From: Nymphaea colorata
Taxonomy: Eukaryota
Direction: 5' to 3'
Length of the DNA stretch: 64,000 bases
Assembly (NCBI RefSeq): GCF_008831285.2
Contig: NC_045138.2
Coordinates: 17,236,001-17,300,000 of the forward strand
In this document: positions 1 to 13,080 of the stretch, in pieces
How the letters are laid out: each line of letters opens with the position of its first letter
Position numbering within the stretch: position 1 is the first letter of the stretch
Position numbers and translations under genes: made by a program
The notes under the pieces: generated by a model
Told to the model about the DNA's origin: nothing
Database searches by the model: none
What the model saw: only the letters and a program-made list of their open reading frames with translations

Positions 1-1596
1 AAAAATATCAACATAAAATCGTGTTCTTTAAAAATGATTAAGCTGCTGAAACTTTTAATTTTTATGAAAACTTAATTTGCAAAAAAGCCAAGTTTTTGGG
101 CCGAATATTCACAACCATGTTTGGTCTTTTTGAGAAAGAATAATTATGTATACGGAAATTAATCAGACTGCACTATACATATAGTAGAATATGTTATTTC
201 GACAAGCACAAAAAAAAAATCCTTTTAATGTACATCATGAACCATATAACGTATAAAACATGACCCATCTATATAGAACGATATCATTTTTTTTTTCAAA
301 CGGTCTTCTTCACATTTATAACTTTTATAATCAGAAGGCTCGAATGAACCTTTTATAACTACTGTTCATTATGCAACCAATCTACGTCAAAATGGTCTTC
401 CAATCTTAGAAATGTTATACATTTTGATTATATATTCTCATGAGCTTGATATTATCTGTTTTATTTGTTATTACAATCAACTATTATATTTATGTATATT
501 TATATGACAAGCAAAATTTTTTATTATGACCAAAAGGCCCCTCAACCATTTGGTGAAGTCCAGTAAATGATTGAATTGGTTAATTCTTAATGAACCGGAG
601 CTAGTTGGATCAGGTTGAAGCTTTTCCTTTCTTATTCATCTTAGGTCCAAGTCAAATCTGAAGCTTATGAGCGGAGTTAGGATTCTTTTATATACAAGGG
701 CAAAAAAATATAAATTTTTGAAATTTTTAGATATAATAAATGATTTTTTTTTTAAATTGACATGTAAACTTTTTTTTTTTTTTGAGAGGAGGCCAAAGCC
801 CTTGCCGTAACCTGGCTTCACCCAATGCAGTGACGTACCTTATAGAATTGAAGAACATAGCATCCACAAAAATCAAATTGAAGACCCAGACTTTCGTACA
901 CATCTCTGTCCAACCAACTAATCTATGCCTGCTTGATGCTTAAAATTAACACCGATTCAATTTCAATTGGGGATTTGATTATCGATTCGGTTTTCATATA
1001 GATATTTACTGACGGATACACATCGACATATGTTGACATATGAGCCGATACGCCACTAAATGGAAAACACAAAGAATTCAGTGCACAATTACGGATCCAG
1101 GATCCGATAAATGTCAAATGCACGTGCGAAGCTCTACCGGGCACGTGACAGAGACGATTCGAAGTGGCCAGTTGGATGTTGCCCGGTTTTGAGATCCCCA
1201 GGCTCAAAGTACAAGGTTTCGGGTCCCCCGCTTCAGGGTGGAGGAGGGGTGGGGACCCAATGGCCACCGCCGCTCACCGTCGCTACCATTCCATTACCAT
1301 CTCATCATCATCCTCGCGATGATAACCATCATCATCTTCATCGTATCATCGCCACCATCGTCATGTGCCGCCTTTGGGGAACGTGAGCGCCATGATCAGA
1401 CATCGTCATCGCCGAAATCACGCCATTTTCTCTAGTACGAGCGCTTCCTGACAAAGTTTCTCCGTCCAAATCTCGCAATCTTCCGATCATTACCTTCCTT
1501 CTTTCTTTCCCGTCTATTGGTCTCCGGTTGATGGGTTTTTGTCTCCCTAGAGATTCTAGAGAGAGGTTTTAGGAAGATATCAGGTAGGGGAGAGAG

Positions 1597-4500
1597 ATGC
1601 ATTGGCAGCAGAGGCTTAAGCGGCCGAGGGTGATCATCGTCTCATTGCTAGCCGTCTCTGTTCTGGCTCCTATATTGTTCTTGTCTCACAGAATCAACTA
1701 TTTCTCGAATTTTTCGGGTAAATTTGCGAACTCCCTTGTTCGTTTACTTATTTTGGATGGTCTGTCGAGGTGCCAATTTCCGTTTTCTGAAAAGAAGGGG
1801 AGAAGGCATCCAGATTTCTTACCTATAGCACATTGGTATCTTCTAACTGTGTTTGCTTTTCATCCATTTGAAGTGCGCAAGGAATTGGCTGAAGAGTTCA
1901 GCAATATCGTAAGTGTCAAAAGGATTCAATTTCTTTTTTCTTTGATTGTTATTTGCTTTTGAAACGGAATGGATGTTAGTTTCTATGCTATTTATGTTCC
2001 TTTGATGCTTTTTGATTGGTATAGAGATTCACGACTGATTCACATAGGCTGAATGCGATCCAACAGGTGAAAAATTTAAACCATCTTTGTTCGACCTGTT
2101 TTTTGGACAGAACTTATTGCTGCCTTCATCCCTTTTCATTTATCTAACATTTGGTCGCCATGATTTTTTTGGTTAGGAAGGGGTCAACGATGTGAAGGAG
2201 CCTAAACGACTCATTTACAAGGACGAGAACAATTCAAATCGTTTTCCAGATAGAGGATTAAGTGGTCAGTTTGTTTTCCCCTAGTCTGCAACTATCTTTA
2301 CTTTTCTCCATTTGGTTTTTGACTTTCATTCGAACAGCTCATGGGAGTAATCATCACGATAAAGACCTTCAAGAAAATCTGCCAGCGAAGACTGGAAAAC
2401 AGGTGTGTATGACTGCATATATCTTGTTTGTATTTCAGATTCTACAACCGGTTACTGCTGTACGGTCCATTTTTTAAAAGTCGAAGATAAGATTCTTTTG
2501 TAGTTTGATTCGTTTCTGGTGCATTAAGAGCCATGTTGTTTTCACCCTTTGTGGAAGAGATCCTGCACAAGTGATTTTATCCAGATTTTGCAGAAACAGA
2601 AGTTTAGCATGTGCTTTGGTTTAGTAATTTAACTTCAGGCAGCATCTCAAGAATAGATGCTGCATATGCCAGATACTTGAACACTCTTGTTTGAAGTGGC
2701 GGTTATTCGACACGCATGCATTCATATCTTGAAATTCTGCAAGTAACCGGTGGAAACAACTCTTATTCCTTGCCTGAGTTTCTCTCAAGCAAGCTTGCCT
2801 GGAAGTGCATATAGGTAGTTGCATTTCTATATGCAAATACATAGATTTGGTCAACATCCAGCATCATAGCACCAATAGGAAATTTCTTTTTGAAATGTTA
2901 TTACCAACATACACATTGCAAAAGGCTATAAATGAAAACATGTGCTTATTGTATGAAATTTCAATGTCAACAGGAATGACATTAGATCCTCTAAGAATCT
3001 GATATCCCAGATGTAGTCATTTTTAAACCAAACTCACGTGTAAGACAGTTAGAGGGTTTTCCCTAAATTTTTTCATTGACCTTGCTAGTGACAGGCATGC
3101 ATTTCCTGCCCCGATTTTGTACTTTAAAAATGATGTTCAATTATTTTCTATTATGCCACTTGTTTTGTGTATTTAGATGCTTTTGGATGCAAATAGGTGG
3201 ATTTTTTTTTATGAAAATTACAGTATATATGGTACTTTAGATGCTTTTCGATGCAGATAGGTGAGATTTTCTATGAAATTCGCAGTATATGTGGTATTAT
3301 CATGATTTTACTACGGGGTTGCCACATGTTTGGTCCAAGTGTAGTTTAGCTGACACAAGCCAGGGAAATAACTAATCCTCAGTTTTCTAGAGACATAGTG
3401 AAAGTATGTCTACTGCTTCCCAAAAGCAGGGCCACTGATTCCTTGCTTTCTTCAGTTGCGACCTTTTCTTCGATCAGTTGGAAGTCATCTAGGCTGCTGC
3501 CGTCATATCTCTTACAACTCTTTTTGAGTAGTTCAGTAGAGGTGTTGCTTTTGAATCAAAGGTTCCTTGCTTTTGTTGCAGTCTATTGCGTCCTTCCAGT
3601 GGCTTTACTTCACCCTTGCATTTGACTCTGAATATTTTTGTTTTGGTTCAGCATTCCAGTCACAAATTTAAGCATGCTCACTTATGCATATATTTTTTCT
3701 TGTGTCTGTTCGTGAAGCTAGCCATTTATAATTTCACAAACACCCATTTGTCAGTTGCATGTTAAATTAGAGGACATCTTCAAATGATCTTTACTGCAAT
3801 CTTGGTTTACTGTTAGGTTCCATAGGTCATGGGTCTGTGCCATTTACCTGTCTAACTTGTGATCTGGAAAGTTCCAATAAATACTTGGAACTTATTATTC
3901 TTCATTATGAGTTATATCCACACAAATTAAATTGAATAAAACACAAACATGGTGTTAGCCACCGCTAACCTTGATGAACCCTTACAATAGAAAACCCCTA
4001 AACTCCACGCACACACTCATCCCTAATCTCCATATTAGGGTTTCTCCTCCCAGAGGAACACCCACAAGTTTCTGCGATAACCCTCCCTTCTGGCCGTTCC
4101 CCCTATTTAAGGCAGTTATTGGGTCAGTCCAGTGGACCCGACCCTTGATCCCATACCCGATATCTAACACATGCTCATGTGAAATCTATGAGCTACATGC
4201 ACAAACTCATCTACTTAGTTAAATAACTTAACATCAGTGGTGGAGCTATGTTGTAGCTGGTGTGGGCAGTTGCCCGCATCGGTCCTCAAAACTTACTTTA
4301 TTTACATATAAAAACTTCATTAATTGTCAGTTTTTTACATATTAGTGCCCCTTAGAGTTTGAAATTTAAACTTAGAGGGTCCTTCAGCTAGAAATTTCTG
4401 GTTCCGCTACTACTTAACATCTATACGTCTACATACTCCTGAACAAGTTTTGCATGCACAGCAGTAGAACATCATGGACATAGTCAAACTTGTGTTCTGC

Positions 4501-7477
4501 ATGTGTCAGTGGTGGACGTCTTCAGCATCATTCTTTTCTTTTTCTTCTTTCTCCTTATATGCGTCTTTCGGAGCTTCACAAAAATGAACAAGTATAAAGC
4601 ACAGCTTATCTCCCTCACATATTTTTTTTTTTATGTTCAACCAATATGTATTGTGGAAAGTGAAAGTGGCATGAATAATCACCATCTTAAAATTTATTTG
4701 AACCTTACTGCCTCATTTGTTTTTTTTTGGAAACTAGTAGCTTTTAGCATGACTTTGAACTTTGGGTGCTATTTCTCGGTTGTTCAAGTAAGGATCATGG
4801 GTTTCCTCATTTTCAGGGTATCATATGAGTATCCACACTTATGTGGACATGGTTATGCTTTCTTGTGACATCACAAATCTTATTCTGACTGATAAGCTAC
4901 AGTTAGCTGCATTACCTTTTATCTGCAGAACCAGACGACCTGGCAACCTGGAGCTAGAAGGGGACAAACCCCCATTTCGAGGCAACCAACTGATGAGAGA
5001 GTGAGATTGATGAAGGACCAACTTATCAGAGCCAAGGCCTACATGAGCTTTGCCCCGCCAACTAGTAACTCTCATTTAGTTAAAGAATTAAGGCTGCGAA
5101 TACGACAGGTTGAACGAGTGGTTGATACGGCTACCAAAGATTCAGATCTGCCAAGGAGGTAACTATAAGTGTACAGTGGTTCCACATTAGCATTTCTATC
5201 AGATAAGACTGGACATAAAGTAAATTTCTTCATGTTGGTTCACAGTGCAATGAAGCGCATGAGAGCCATGGATGCTGCTTTATTAAAAGCTGCTGCTGTT
5301 TATCATGACTGCCCTTCTATGGCAACTAGGCTCCGTGCTATGGCATTTAACAGTGAAGAACAAGTCCGTGCACATACGAAGCAGACGTCATATCTTATAA
5401 AGCTTGCATCTGGCACTCTTCCTAAAGGGTTTCACTGCTTGTCAATGCAGCTGACAACTAACTACTTCACATTGCACGAACATCAACAGAAGCTTCCCAA
5501 CCGACAAAAACTTTTGCAACATGATCTTTATCACTTTGCTGTATTCTCAGACAATGTTCTTGCATGTGGAGTGGTTGTGAATTCCACGATCTCCACTTCA
5601 ATGGTAATGACATTGAGTAATGAAATTATTCCTGTCTGCATTCAAGGCAGTCAATAGACATGACAAGATACACTTAGTACCCTTTAACCATTGTCACAAA
5701 TATTCAAGCTATTTTTAAAATATAGTGATATTATCACAAAAGAAAAATAAAACGTATTTATCAGGAAAATATTGTGACATTTTCAAAATGCTACCACAAA
5801 ATAAATAATTTGATATGCAGCACTATAGCATTGTTGCTTTCTCAGGAAATCCTTTTCTGTATGTATTTTGGTTGTAATTCCATTTCTTTTGTTTCTTTTA
5901 TTAATTTATTAACTATTTTGGATTTCAAAAATCTTTATCGATAATTTTATAAGAAAATTAGTGGTCTCACATCTCTATAAAATCTATTATTCTTTACATA
6001 TTTTTCTTTTTGAAGTTTCCAATAATTTTCTGAGAAAATTAAAATTAAAAAAGGAAATATCTCGGAAAAGTTGAAATCCCAGTTGATAGATATCCAAGAA
6101 TAAAATTCATGACAATGCTCTTGACTGATTAATGGGAATCAGCTTGCATATTAGTCTTGAAACATGCTTGGATCAATGCTAATTTTTCTTTTTTTCTTTT
6201 TCTATTTCAGAATCCTGAAAAAATAGTCTTCCACGTGGTAACTGATGCCATGAACTACCCAGCCATGATGATGTGGTTCCTTGTAAATCCTCCAGGCAAG
6301 GCGACTATTGAAATTTTGAATATTGATGAACTCAAATGGCTCCCGACAGGAGCTCACACCCTCTTGCAACAGCTGGAAAAAGACTACTCTAGCTCCTCCA
6401 TTTCCAGGAACAGGAACCCAAAATATGCATCTCCACTTAACCACCTTCGTTTTTTCTTGCCAGAATTATTTCCAGCATTGCACAAGATCATTCTTCTTGA
6501 CCATGATGTGGTAGTGCAGAGAGACTTGAGCAGGCTATGGCGCCTTAACATGCATGGGAAAGTTATTGGAGTTGTGGAGACATGTGGTGACAGTGAATCA
6601 CCACGCCACCTGGACACACTCCTCAATTTCTCTGACCCACTGGTGGCAAGTTCATTCAACAGTAACACATGCTTGTGGGCGTTTGGAATGAACATCTTCG
6701 ACCTGAGGGAATGGAGGCGCCAGAACTTGACAGCAGTGTATCACAAATGGCAAGAATTGGTAAGAAAGTCTTACATTGACTCTTTGATTCTTATGTGTTC
6801 TAATTGGAGTAACCGACCCTTTCTCTAGTTCTCACTTCTCAGTGGGAAAAATTTGTTAGGAGACAAAACTGCAAAGGCCACCTAATCCTGATAATATTGA
6901 TCATGCTGGTAAAAAATGAGTTGAATCCATCCAAAGTACAGTTGAGTCTGCCCGAAACAAGTGAGCTGCATTCATTGGTCCAAACATGATTTGTTGGTTA
7001 CTTTGGGTCAAGCGTTTTGCCTACTTTCAATCTTATATTGATTGCTTGAATTTTCTGGGGGTTTAACATTCCTCCCCTTATGAACTACTTGTGTTTGAGT
7101 CTTAAGACTGTGTAGGAGCAAACTCGTACTTATCTTCGGTCGTCTTTTTCTTTTTGCTATCTTTCTTCCTCCCTTTTCAAGCTGTATTTTTTTCATGGCA
7201 GAGCAAAAGAAGGCATTTATGGAAGCTGGGGAGCTTGCCCGTGGGACTAGTCACCTTCTATAACTTGACGACAGTGCTAAACCATAGATGGCATGTGCTC
7301 GGCCTTGGCTATGATTCAAGCAAGAGCAGAGAAGAGATTGAACGGGCTGCTGTGATTCATTATGATGGGAACATGAAACCATGGCTTGACATTGGCATTC
7401 CCAAGTTTAAAGGGTATTGGTCCAAATTTCTTAATTATGACCAACCCTATCTACAACAGTGCAACATCCATGAATAG
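1597..7477 (+). CDS. GAUT6: Galacturonosyltransferase (GT8 family, GAUT5/6-like), multi-exon
   Basis: Exons with GT-AG borders at about 1597-1717, 1874-1908, 2025-2066, 2177-2264, 2338-2402, (possible micro-exon ~2440-2460), 4929-5158, 5246-5603, 6211-6759, 7202-7477. N-terminal TM anchor, LNAIQQE..KEP, MKDQLIRAKAY, LPKGFHCLSMQLT, FHVVTD, LNHLRF, LLDHDVVVQ (DxD-type), WKLGSLP, HYDGNMKPW, YLQQCNI. The GAUT6 vs GAUT5 assignment is tentative. Confidence 0.93.
3953..4169. mobile_element. Solo LTR (short, Copia/TRIM-like) in a GAUT intron
   Basis: Termini TGTTAG...CTAACA (6-bp inverted, TG..CA), flanked by near-identical 5-bp repeats CATGG (3948-3952) and CATGC (4170-4174); internal TATA-like CCTATTTAAGG. 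Confidence 0.65.
4235..4412. mobile_element. hAT-type MITE with 8-bp TSD
   Basis: Imperfect TIRs CAGTGGTGGAGCTA / TGGTTCCGCTACTA; exact 8-bp flanking duplication CTTAACAT at 4227-4234 and 4413-4420; AT-rich interior. Confidence 0.8.
5689..6117. mobile_element. Degenerate MITE-like element in a GAUT intron
   Basis: Ends CATTGTCACAAAT / ATTCATGACAATG (11/13 inverted match); very AT-rich interior; putative 8-bp TSD matches only 5/8. Confidence 0.4.
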
Positions 7478-10102
7478 CTTCATTCATACTTAGGAAAAAC
7501 AGAATACCACTTTTAGAGAGCTGCAGTATGATGCTCAATGCTCAGAAACCCTTGTTTGTTAGAGGTATGATCATGCTCACTGCAACGTCACAGCAGATAT
7601 ATTGAGATATACAGGTCACTGCTTAACAGAGATCCAGGCATCTATCATATTTGATTTTTCATTCAGAGTTTCTGCTGCCATTGCAGGTGGAAATTTCTCT
7701 TCACATTTCTGCCCAATTTTTCTTTCTTTTCATTTTTTCCCTGAGATTTTGGTTGTGATCCTCATAGCGGTGTAAACTTCAGTAATAAATGGAAGAGTTC
7801 AACAGTGGTGTATAGTTTACCTTTTCAGTTATTAAGCAGCAGCAATTCTTCTTGATACAGAATATGAAATAATATCTTGTATGTTTTTCTAGGTCGACAA
7901 CTTCAAAGAAATAGCGAAGTTTTCTCTATGGGCGACAAAAAGGGGATAGAATGAATCTTTATTAGAAGGGTATTTTGGTTTATTTTCGGTCAATGGTCTG
8001 TTTCTCGCATTCTCATTTTTGGGTTGTGCAATGGAAAGGTAATTCTGGGGATTTGGGGACTTGGTACTTGATCCACGATATCTCCCACCCAATGTCTTTC
8101 CATCTTCCGTTGTTTTTGCTGAAGAATGGGTTATGTTTTCGATTGGCCAAGAGTCGTAGCCCCCATCAGCCAGACATGTTTCCTTGTATCTCTTTTACTC
8201 TTTTGACAGACGTATCTGCTAGATTAATTGCATTTCTGGGTTTTCCACGAGAAAAACTTTGACGTTGAAGTTGAACAATTTTATTGCTTTCAGCAAGAAA
8301 CTTAGAATAATCCATTCTCCTTTATTACATGATTGATTAAACTAAACAGAAGGTTCTCTTACTCTCTCGCTCTTTCTCTTTGGCACACACATACAGAGCT
8401 GTGGCTGGGGACACGGATGGCAAAATGTGCCAAGAGCCCCATGTATTGAAAGTGAACTTGAAGCGTTTTGTGGTGAAGTAAAACTTCAGTATGTACCAAA
8501 GTATGGGCACCTTTCCCTGGTTTGTGTATCGTCCTCATGTTTCGAAGAAAATTACTCTTACAAGCGCCGATTTTCAACTGATCAAGTGTGACTAAGTGGA
8601 CCATCAGAACTTGAGACTTGGATTGTTGTGCTTGTGCTATAAATAACAAGTGGTTGAATACTTTATGTTTAAGATATAAGGTGATTTGAGGTCTTAGATT
8701 TCAATATTATAGATCCTTGATATCCAGTATGAACCTGAAATCCTTTGTTTAAAAGATGCAAGAACCAATCTCAAGTCAGACGGTATATCGGGGATCTTAA
8801 ATATATGAGTTGAAATTAACAGTTTGCTAGAACCATAGTTTTAAACTGAGCCTGCGTAAGATCAGACCATCGGCTCCTGACATGTGAAAAACGGATCTCG
8901 TGGTAGTTTTCTTTCTTTTTCCGACTAATTATTTAATTTTTAAATTTAAAATACATTGTTAATCAAATCCGATTCACGAACGGTTCTGATTCCAAATCAA
9001 TTCACTGAAATCATTTAGCTTTCCGATCCAAAAACCGATTTTAATGACATTAAAAACAAGTGAGCAGTAGTCTTCATGGAGTATGTATAATAGAAATCAA
9101 GTAAAGAAAAAGAATAAAATTATATATAGAGAAAATTGATAAGGACGATTGGAACATTTTGCCCTCATCAATGTGAAAGCAAGTGTGCGGTCCTTTTCAT
9201 GGAATACTGACCATGGTAATTAAGTAAAGGAAAGAAAAAATAAAAATATATATGAAGAAAAATAATAAGGAACACTGGAAAATCCACTCCTTCCTTATTT
9301 ACAAGACCTTGTTTCAGGTAAAACTGTTCCTTTCTCTTGGGTAACAATTGAATGAAGCATGAATGTCTATGAGGTGGTTTGGTCTTCGCCGGAAAATAGT
9401 TGGAAGATAGTTGTGTGGGAAGCTGAAAGATTTATGTAATTAAAGATCCAAAATAGACATACGCCTTTGCTTCTCTTACCAATTCTCTCCAAACAAACAG
9501 ATATTAACAAATAAATACTTAATCTAACCAATCTAGAACCGAATATGCATAACAATACTTGGATGTTTAACCCAAGGCCAGCAAATTAAAGATTTTAAAA
9601 TACTCCTGTCATACCTTACCAAATGCTAAGTATTAATGACCAATATACAACAAAAAATAATTCTTAATATTTTATTTTTCAATGATAACTTGGGGTTTGG
9701 TAGTCTCAAGACTTCATAGAATGTGAACTTGCATGTTTCTATATAATATAATCCTTTTACTTCATAGTTACCAACTAAACTATTCATCAATCCATTGAAT
9801 CCTCCACATCCACTAATAAGTCCTCCGAAAGCCACATAAAATTTACATGTTTTATATTCAAAGTCAAAGGCTTTCGTTTTGACATGGCCTCAGCGATTTA
9901 GTGATTCAGACAATTTTAGCTTTTAGTGAATAAGTTATGGATCGATTCGGAATATGACTGTACATTTTAACAAGATAAGAACAAATAAAACGTAATATAT
10001 ATAAAAAAAAAGTTGTATGGCGTACGGCGACTTCAGTCAGCCGGTGAGTTGAATTTGTTTGCCGGTGAACTGAATTAGTTTGCCACCGATCCGGCCGACC
10101 TT

Positions 10103-10727
10103 TAAAATTTTGTGACTAATCATGACGTAGGTGAATTTCTTGTTGGGTAGCGTTAAATGGGACGAGAAAGGCTCCGTGGTGGCAATTGCCCACATGTAGA
10201 CACTGGAACCATTTGCAAACAGGGAAGCTGTTGTTAAGGCTGCACATGAGTCAAGCAAGCTTGAGTTGGGTCAGCCCGAGCTTTGACTAGACTCAACACT
10301 CTACTCGAACTTGATAGAATAAGCTCGAGTACAACTTGACAATACAGCGTGGAGCTTGAGCTCGAGCTCAACTCATTTCTGTTAAGCATGTCTCGTTTCT
10401 TTTAAATAATTTAGCTTTTTAACTCGTTTAGTTGTTACTCATTTAACTATTTTCTTATTATTTTTCAACATTTGTTGTATAGTCGAATCGAGTAAAGTTT
10501 AAACAAATCCAATTCTTACAACTTGACTTGGACTCGTTTGAGCGTACATTTGAAGTCAAGCTTGAGTTGAGCTTTGACAAGTGAGTTCAAGGCAAACTCG
10601 AGGCCGGCTCGACTTGTTGTGCAGCCCTACATACTCAACACACTCAGATCACGCGCCATGGGTAAAAGCCGACCCTCGCAAATATCTATTGGCTAAAGGA
10701 GAAACATCCACGAATTTAATCAATGTC
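10103..10727 (+). pseudogene. Decayed copy of HISN2 intron 1 end plus exon 2, interrupted by a MITE
   Basis: TAG|GTGAATTTCTTGTTGGGTAGCGTTAAATGGGACGAGAAAGGC...GTAGACACTGG aligns to 19854-19935; CTAAAGGAGAAACATCCACGAATTTAATCAATGTC aligns to ~20035-20069. Contains 1-nt and ~14-nt deletions. Retains the splice acceptor and intron end. Confidence 0.88.
10235..10629. mobile_element. MITE (hAT-like TAGGGCTGCACA termini) inserted in the HISN2 pseudo-exon
   Basis: TIRs TAAGGCTGCACATGAGTCAAGC / GCTCGACTTGTTGTGCAGCCCTA; many subterminal CTCGAG/GAGCTC/AAGCTT motifs; HISN2 homology resumes just after it. No clear TSD. Confidence 0.75.
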
Positions 10728-10736
10728 TTACGAAGG

Positions 10737-12025
10737 TTAAGCTTTCAATACCTGGGATTGTGGGACATCTTGGCATATGCTACCACAGTTGAGAGAGAGG
10801 GAGAGGGAACCTTTTCTTTAGTTTAAACAATCATGCGATAGAGGAGTTAGAATTGATTCTGACGCTCTTTATGAGAGTCATCAAATTGTTCAACTGCAAG
10901 GTCAAATTTTGTCTTGTGGAAAACCCAGAAGTGCAATTATCTAGCAGATACATCTGCGAAAAGAGAACAGGGAGATCGAAGGAACCATGTTTGGCTGATA
11001 GGAATTAACTCTTAGCAAATCAAAAAACATAATCCATTCTTCAGCAAAAAGAATGGAAGATGGAAGGGTCTTAGGTGGAAGGGACTTCTCGTCATCCCGT
11101 TTAGGAATAGATAGAGATATCCTGGATTAAGTCCCAGCCCACAAACTCCTGGGATTAGATTTCCATTGCACAACCTGAACATGAGAATTTGAAAAAGAGG
11201 CCATTAACTGAAAATAAACCAAAGTTTCTAATAAAGATTCTTTCTGTGTTTCTTTTGTTGCGCATCAAGAAGCTTCGTATTGCTCTGACACTACTCAACA
11301 TTCTGTACTTAGAAGTAAGAAGAATAGCCGCTATTTAACAATTGAAATGATAAACTACACCCAACTATTGAGCTCTTCCATTTGCCGAAGTTTACATCAT
11401 TATAAGGATCATACCAAAACCTCAGAGAAAAATGAAAAGAAAGAAACGTTGGGTGGAATTGGTGGAGAGAAATGTCTACCTGTAATGGCAGCAGAAACTC
11501 TGAATGAAGAATCAAATACCATAGATTCCTGGATCATGTTATGCAGTGACCTGTAAATCTCAATCCATCATCTGTGACATTGCAGTTGGACTATAGCTTC
11601 CAACAAGCATGATCACTCCCCTAACAAACAAGGATTTTTAGCACTGAGCATAATGCAGCTCTGTCAAAGTGATATTCTGTTCTTCCTAAATTAGAATAAA
11701 GCTATTCATGGATGTTGCAATGTTGGAGATAAGGTTGGTAATAATTAAGAAATCTGGACCAACACCCTTTAAAATTGGGAATGCCAATATCAAGCCATGG
11801 TTTCAAGTTCCCATAGCCAAGGCCAAGCACATGCTACCTACGATCTAGCACTGTAGTCATGTTATAGAAGATAACTAATCCCACAGGCAAGCAACCCACT
11901 TTCCATAACTGCCTTCTTTTGCTCTGCCTTGGAAATACTGCTTGAAAAGTGGAGGAAGAAACATTGGAAAAAGAAAAAGACAACCAAAGATGAAATAATT
12001 ATGAACTTGCTCCTACAGTCTCTGG
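10737..12025 (-). pseudogene. Inverted decayed copy of GAUT last intron end, last exon, 3'UTR and downstream flank
   Basis: Reverse complement of 11700-11810 reads TGAAACCATGGCTTGATATTGGCATTCCC...TGCAACATCCATGAATAGC, matching 7375-7478. Homology continues over about 7105-8455. In-frame TGG>TAG stop and a ~54-nt deletion (DSSKSREEIERAAVIHYD region) are present. Confidence 0.9.
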
Positions 12026-13080
12026 ACTGTGTATATGTGTGTGTGTGTGTGTGTACACAATTTCATTCACCTGTGCATGCTTGAAGAAAAAGAGGATTCA
12101 TGTTGTGATCTAAGATTTCACCTTAATGACGTTGAAAGCTTGTATACAGTCTTAAATTTCATTACAGTTATTGAATCTCAGTAGATCTATGTACTGCAGT
12201 TTGTGAATAAGTGTACATTGGTGCATCCTATCATTAGTACCCAAATAGTAGAATCTCTATTCACCGGTGGTGGAGCTATATATGGGGAACGCCATGTGGG
12301 ACTTTTCAAAAGGGGCCATAGAGCATTTTCAAAAGTTCTTACGTGTGAGAATGCAAACTTTTGGAAATCCAAAGGGGTTCCCCCATCCCTGTCATTCATC
12401 CAGCTAGGTGATTGGGCATGAGGCTTTTGATCTCTATCTCTCTTAGTACATACTACATAGCAATCTAAAATTGTAATGATGAAGTGTATTATCTCATTGT
12501 ACAATGACTTAACATTATCATTGCACAGACTTAATTAATATCTCATTGTAGCTAGATGGCTGCATTGGATCCAATATTTGAATTTGTTTGCATAACCAGA
12601 AGGAATTGGTCGACACATCCATTAAAAAGGCAGCTTCTTCCGAGATCCACCCCTTCAAGCCTGCCTGCGGAAGTGTTGAAGGCATCAGGCATCAGGCATC
12701 AGGCATAACCAAGTCCTAATCTCTATCAAACACAAGGTTTAATACTCAAGTTTGAAGCATGTATAGGCCTCACAGTGTGGGGCACTGGGCTGGGCTTTTA
12801 TGACTTTCCCGAGATAGGTGTGTTTATCACGACAGGTTTTCCTTAGAATTTTATCAGATGAGCCAGAAACAATATATTGAAACCAAAGTTTAGAGGGATT
12901 AAAAACGAACTAGTATGACATTGTTGCACTCTTTACTGAGAACAAGAAGAAAGAAAAGGTTGAAAAGAAGTGGACAAAAGAAGACAATTATACAGGAAGC
13001 AGAGAGAATGGGTCCTTTTCTTGAAATTATGGTGATTTGTAACTTAGATTAATGCTTGTCCGTAACATATTTAAGACAAA

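Noticed and set aside
8830..9055. Possible decayed hAT MITE (similar hints at ~660-825, ~12262 and ~31560-31940)
   Set aside because: Termini too degenerate and no TSD, so boundaries cannot be supported.
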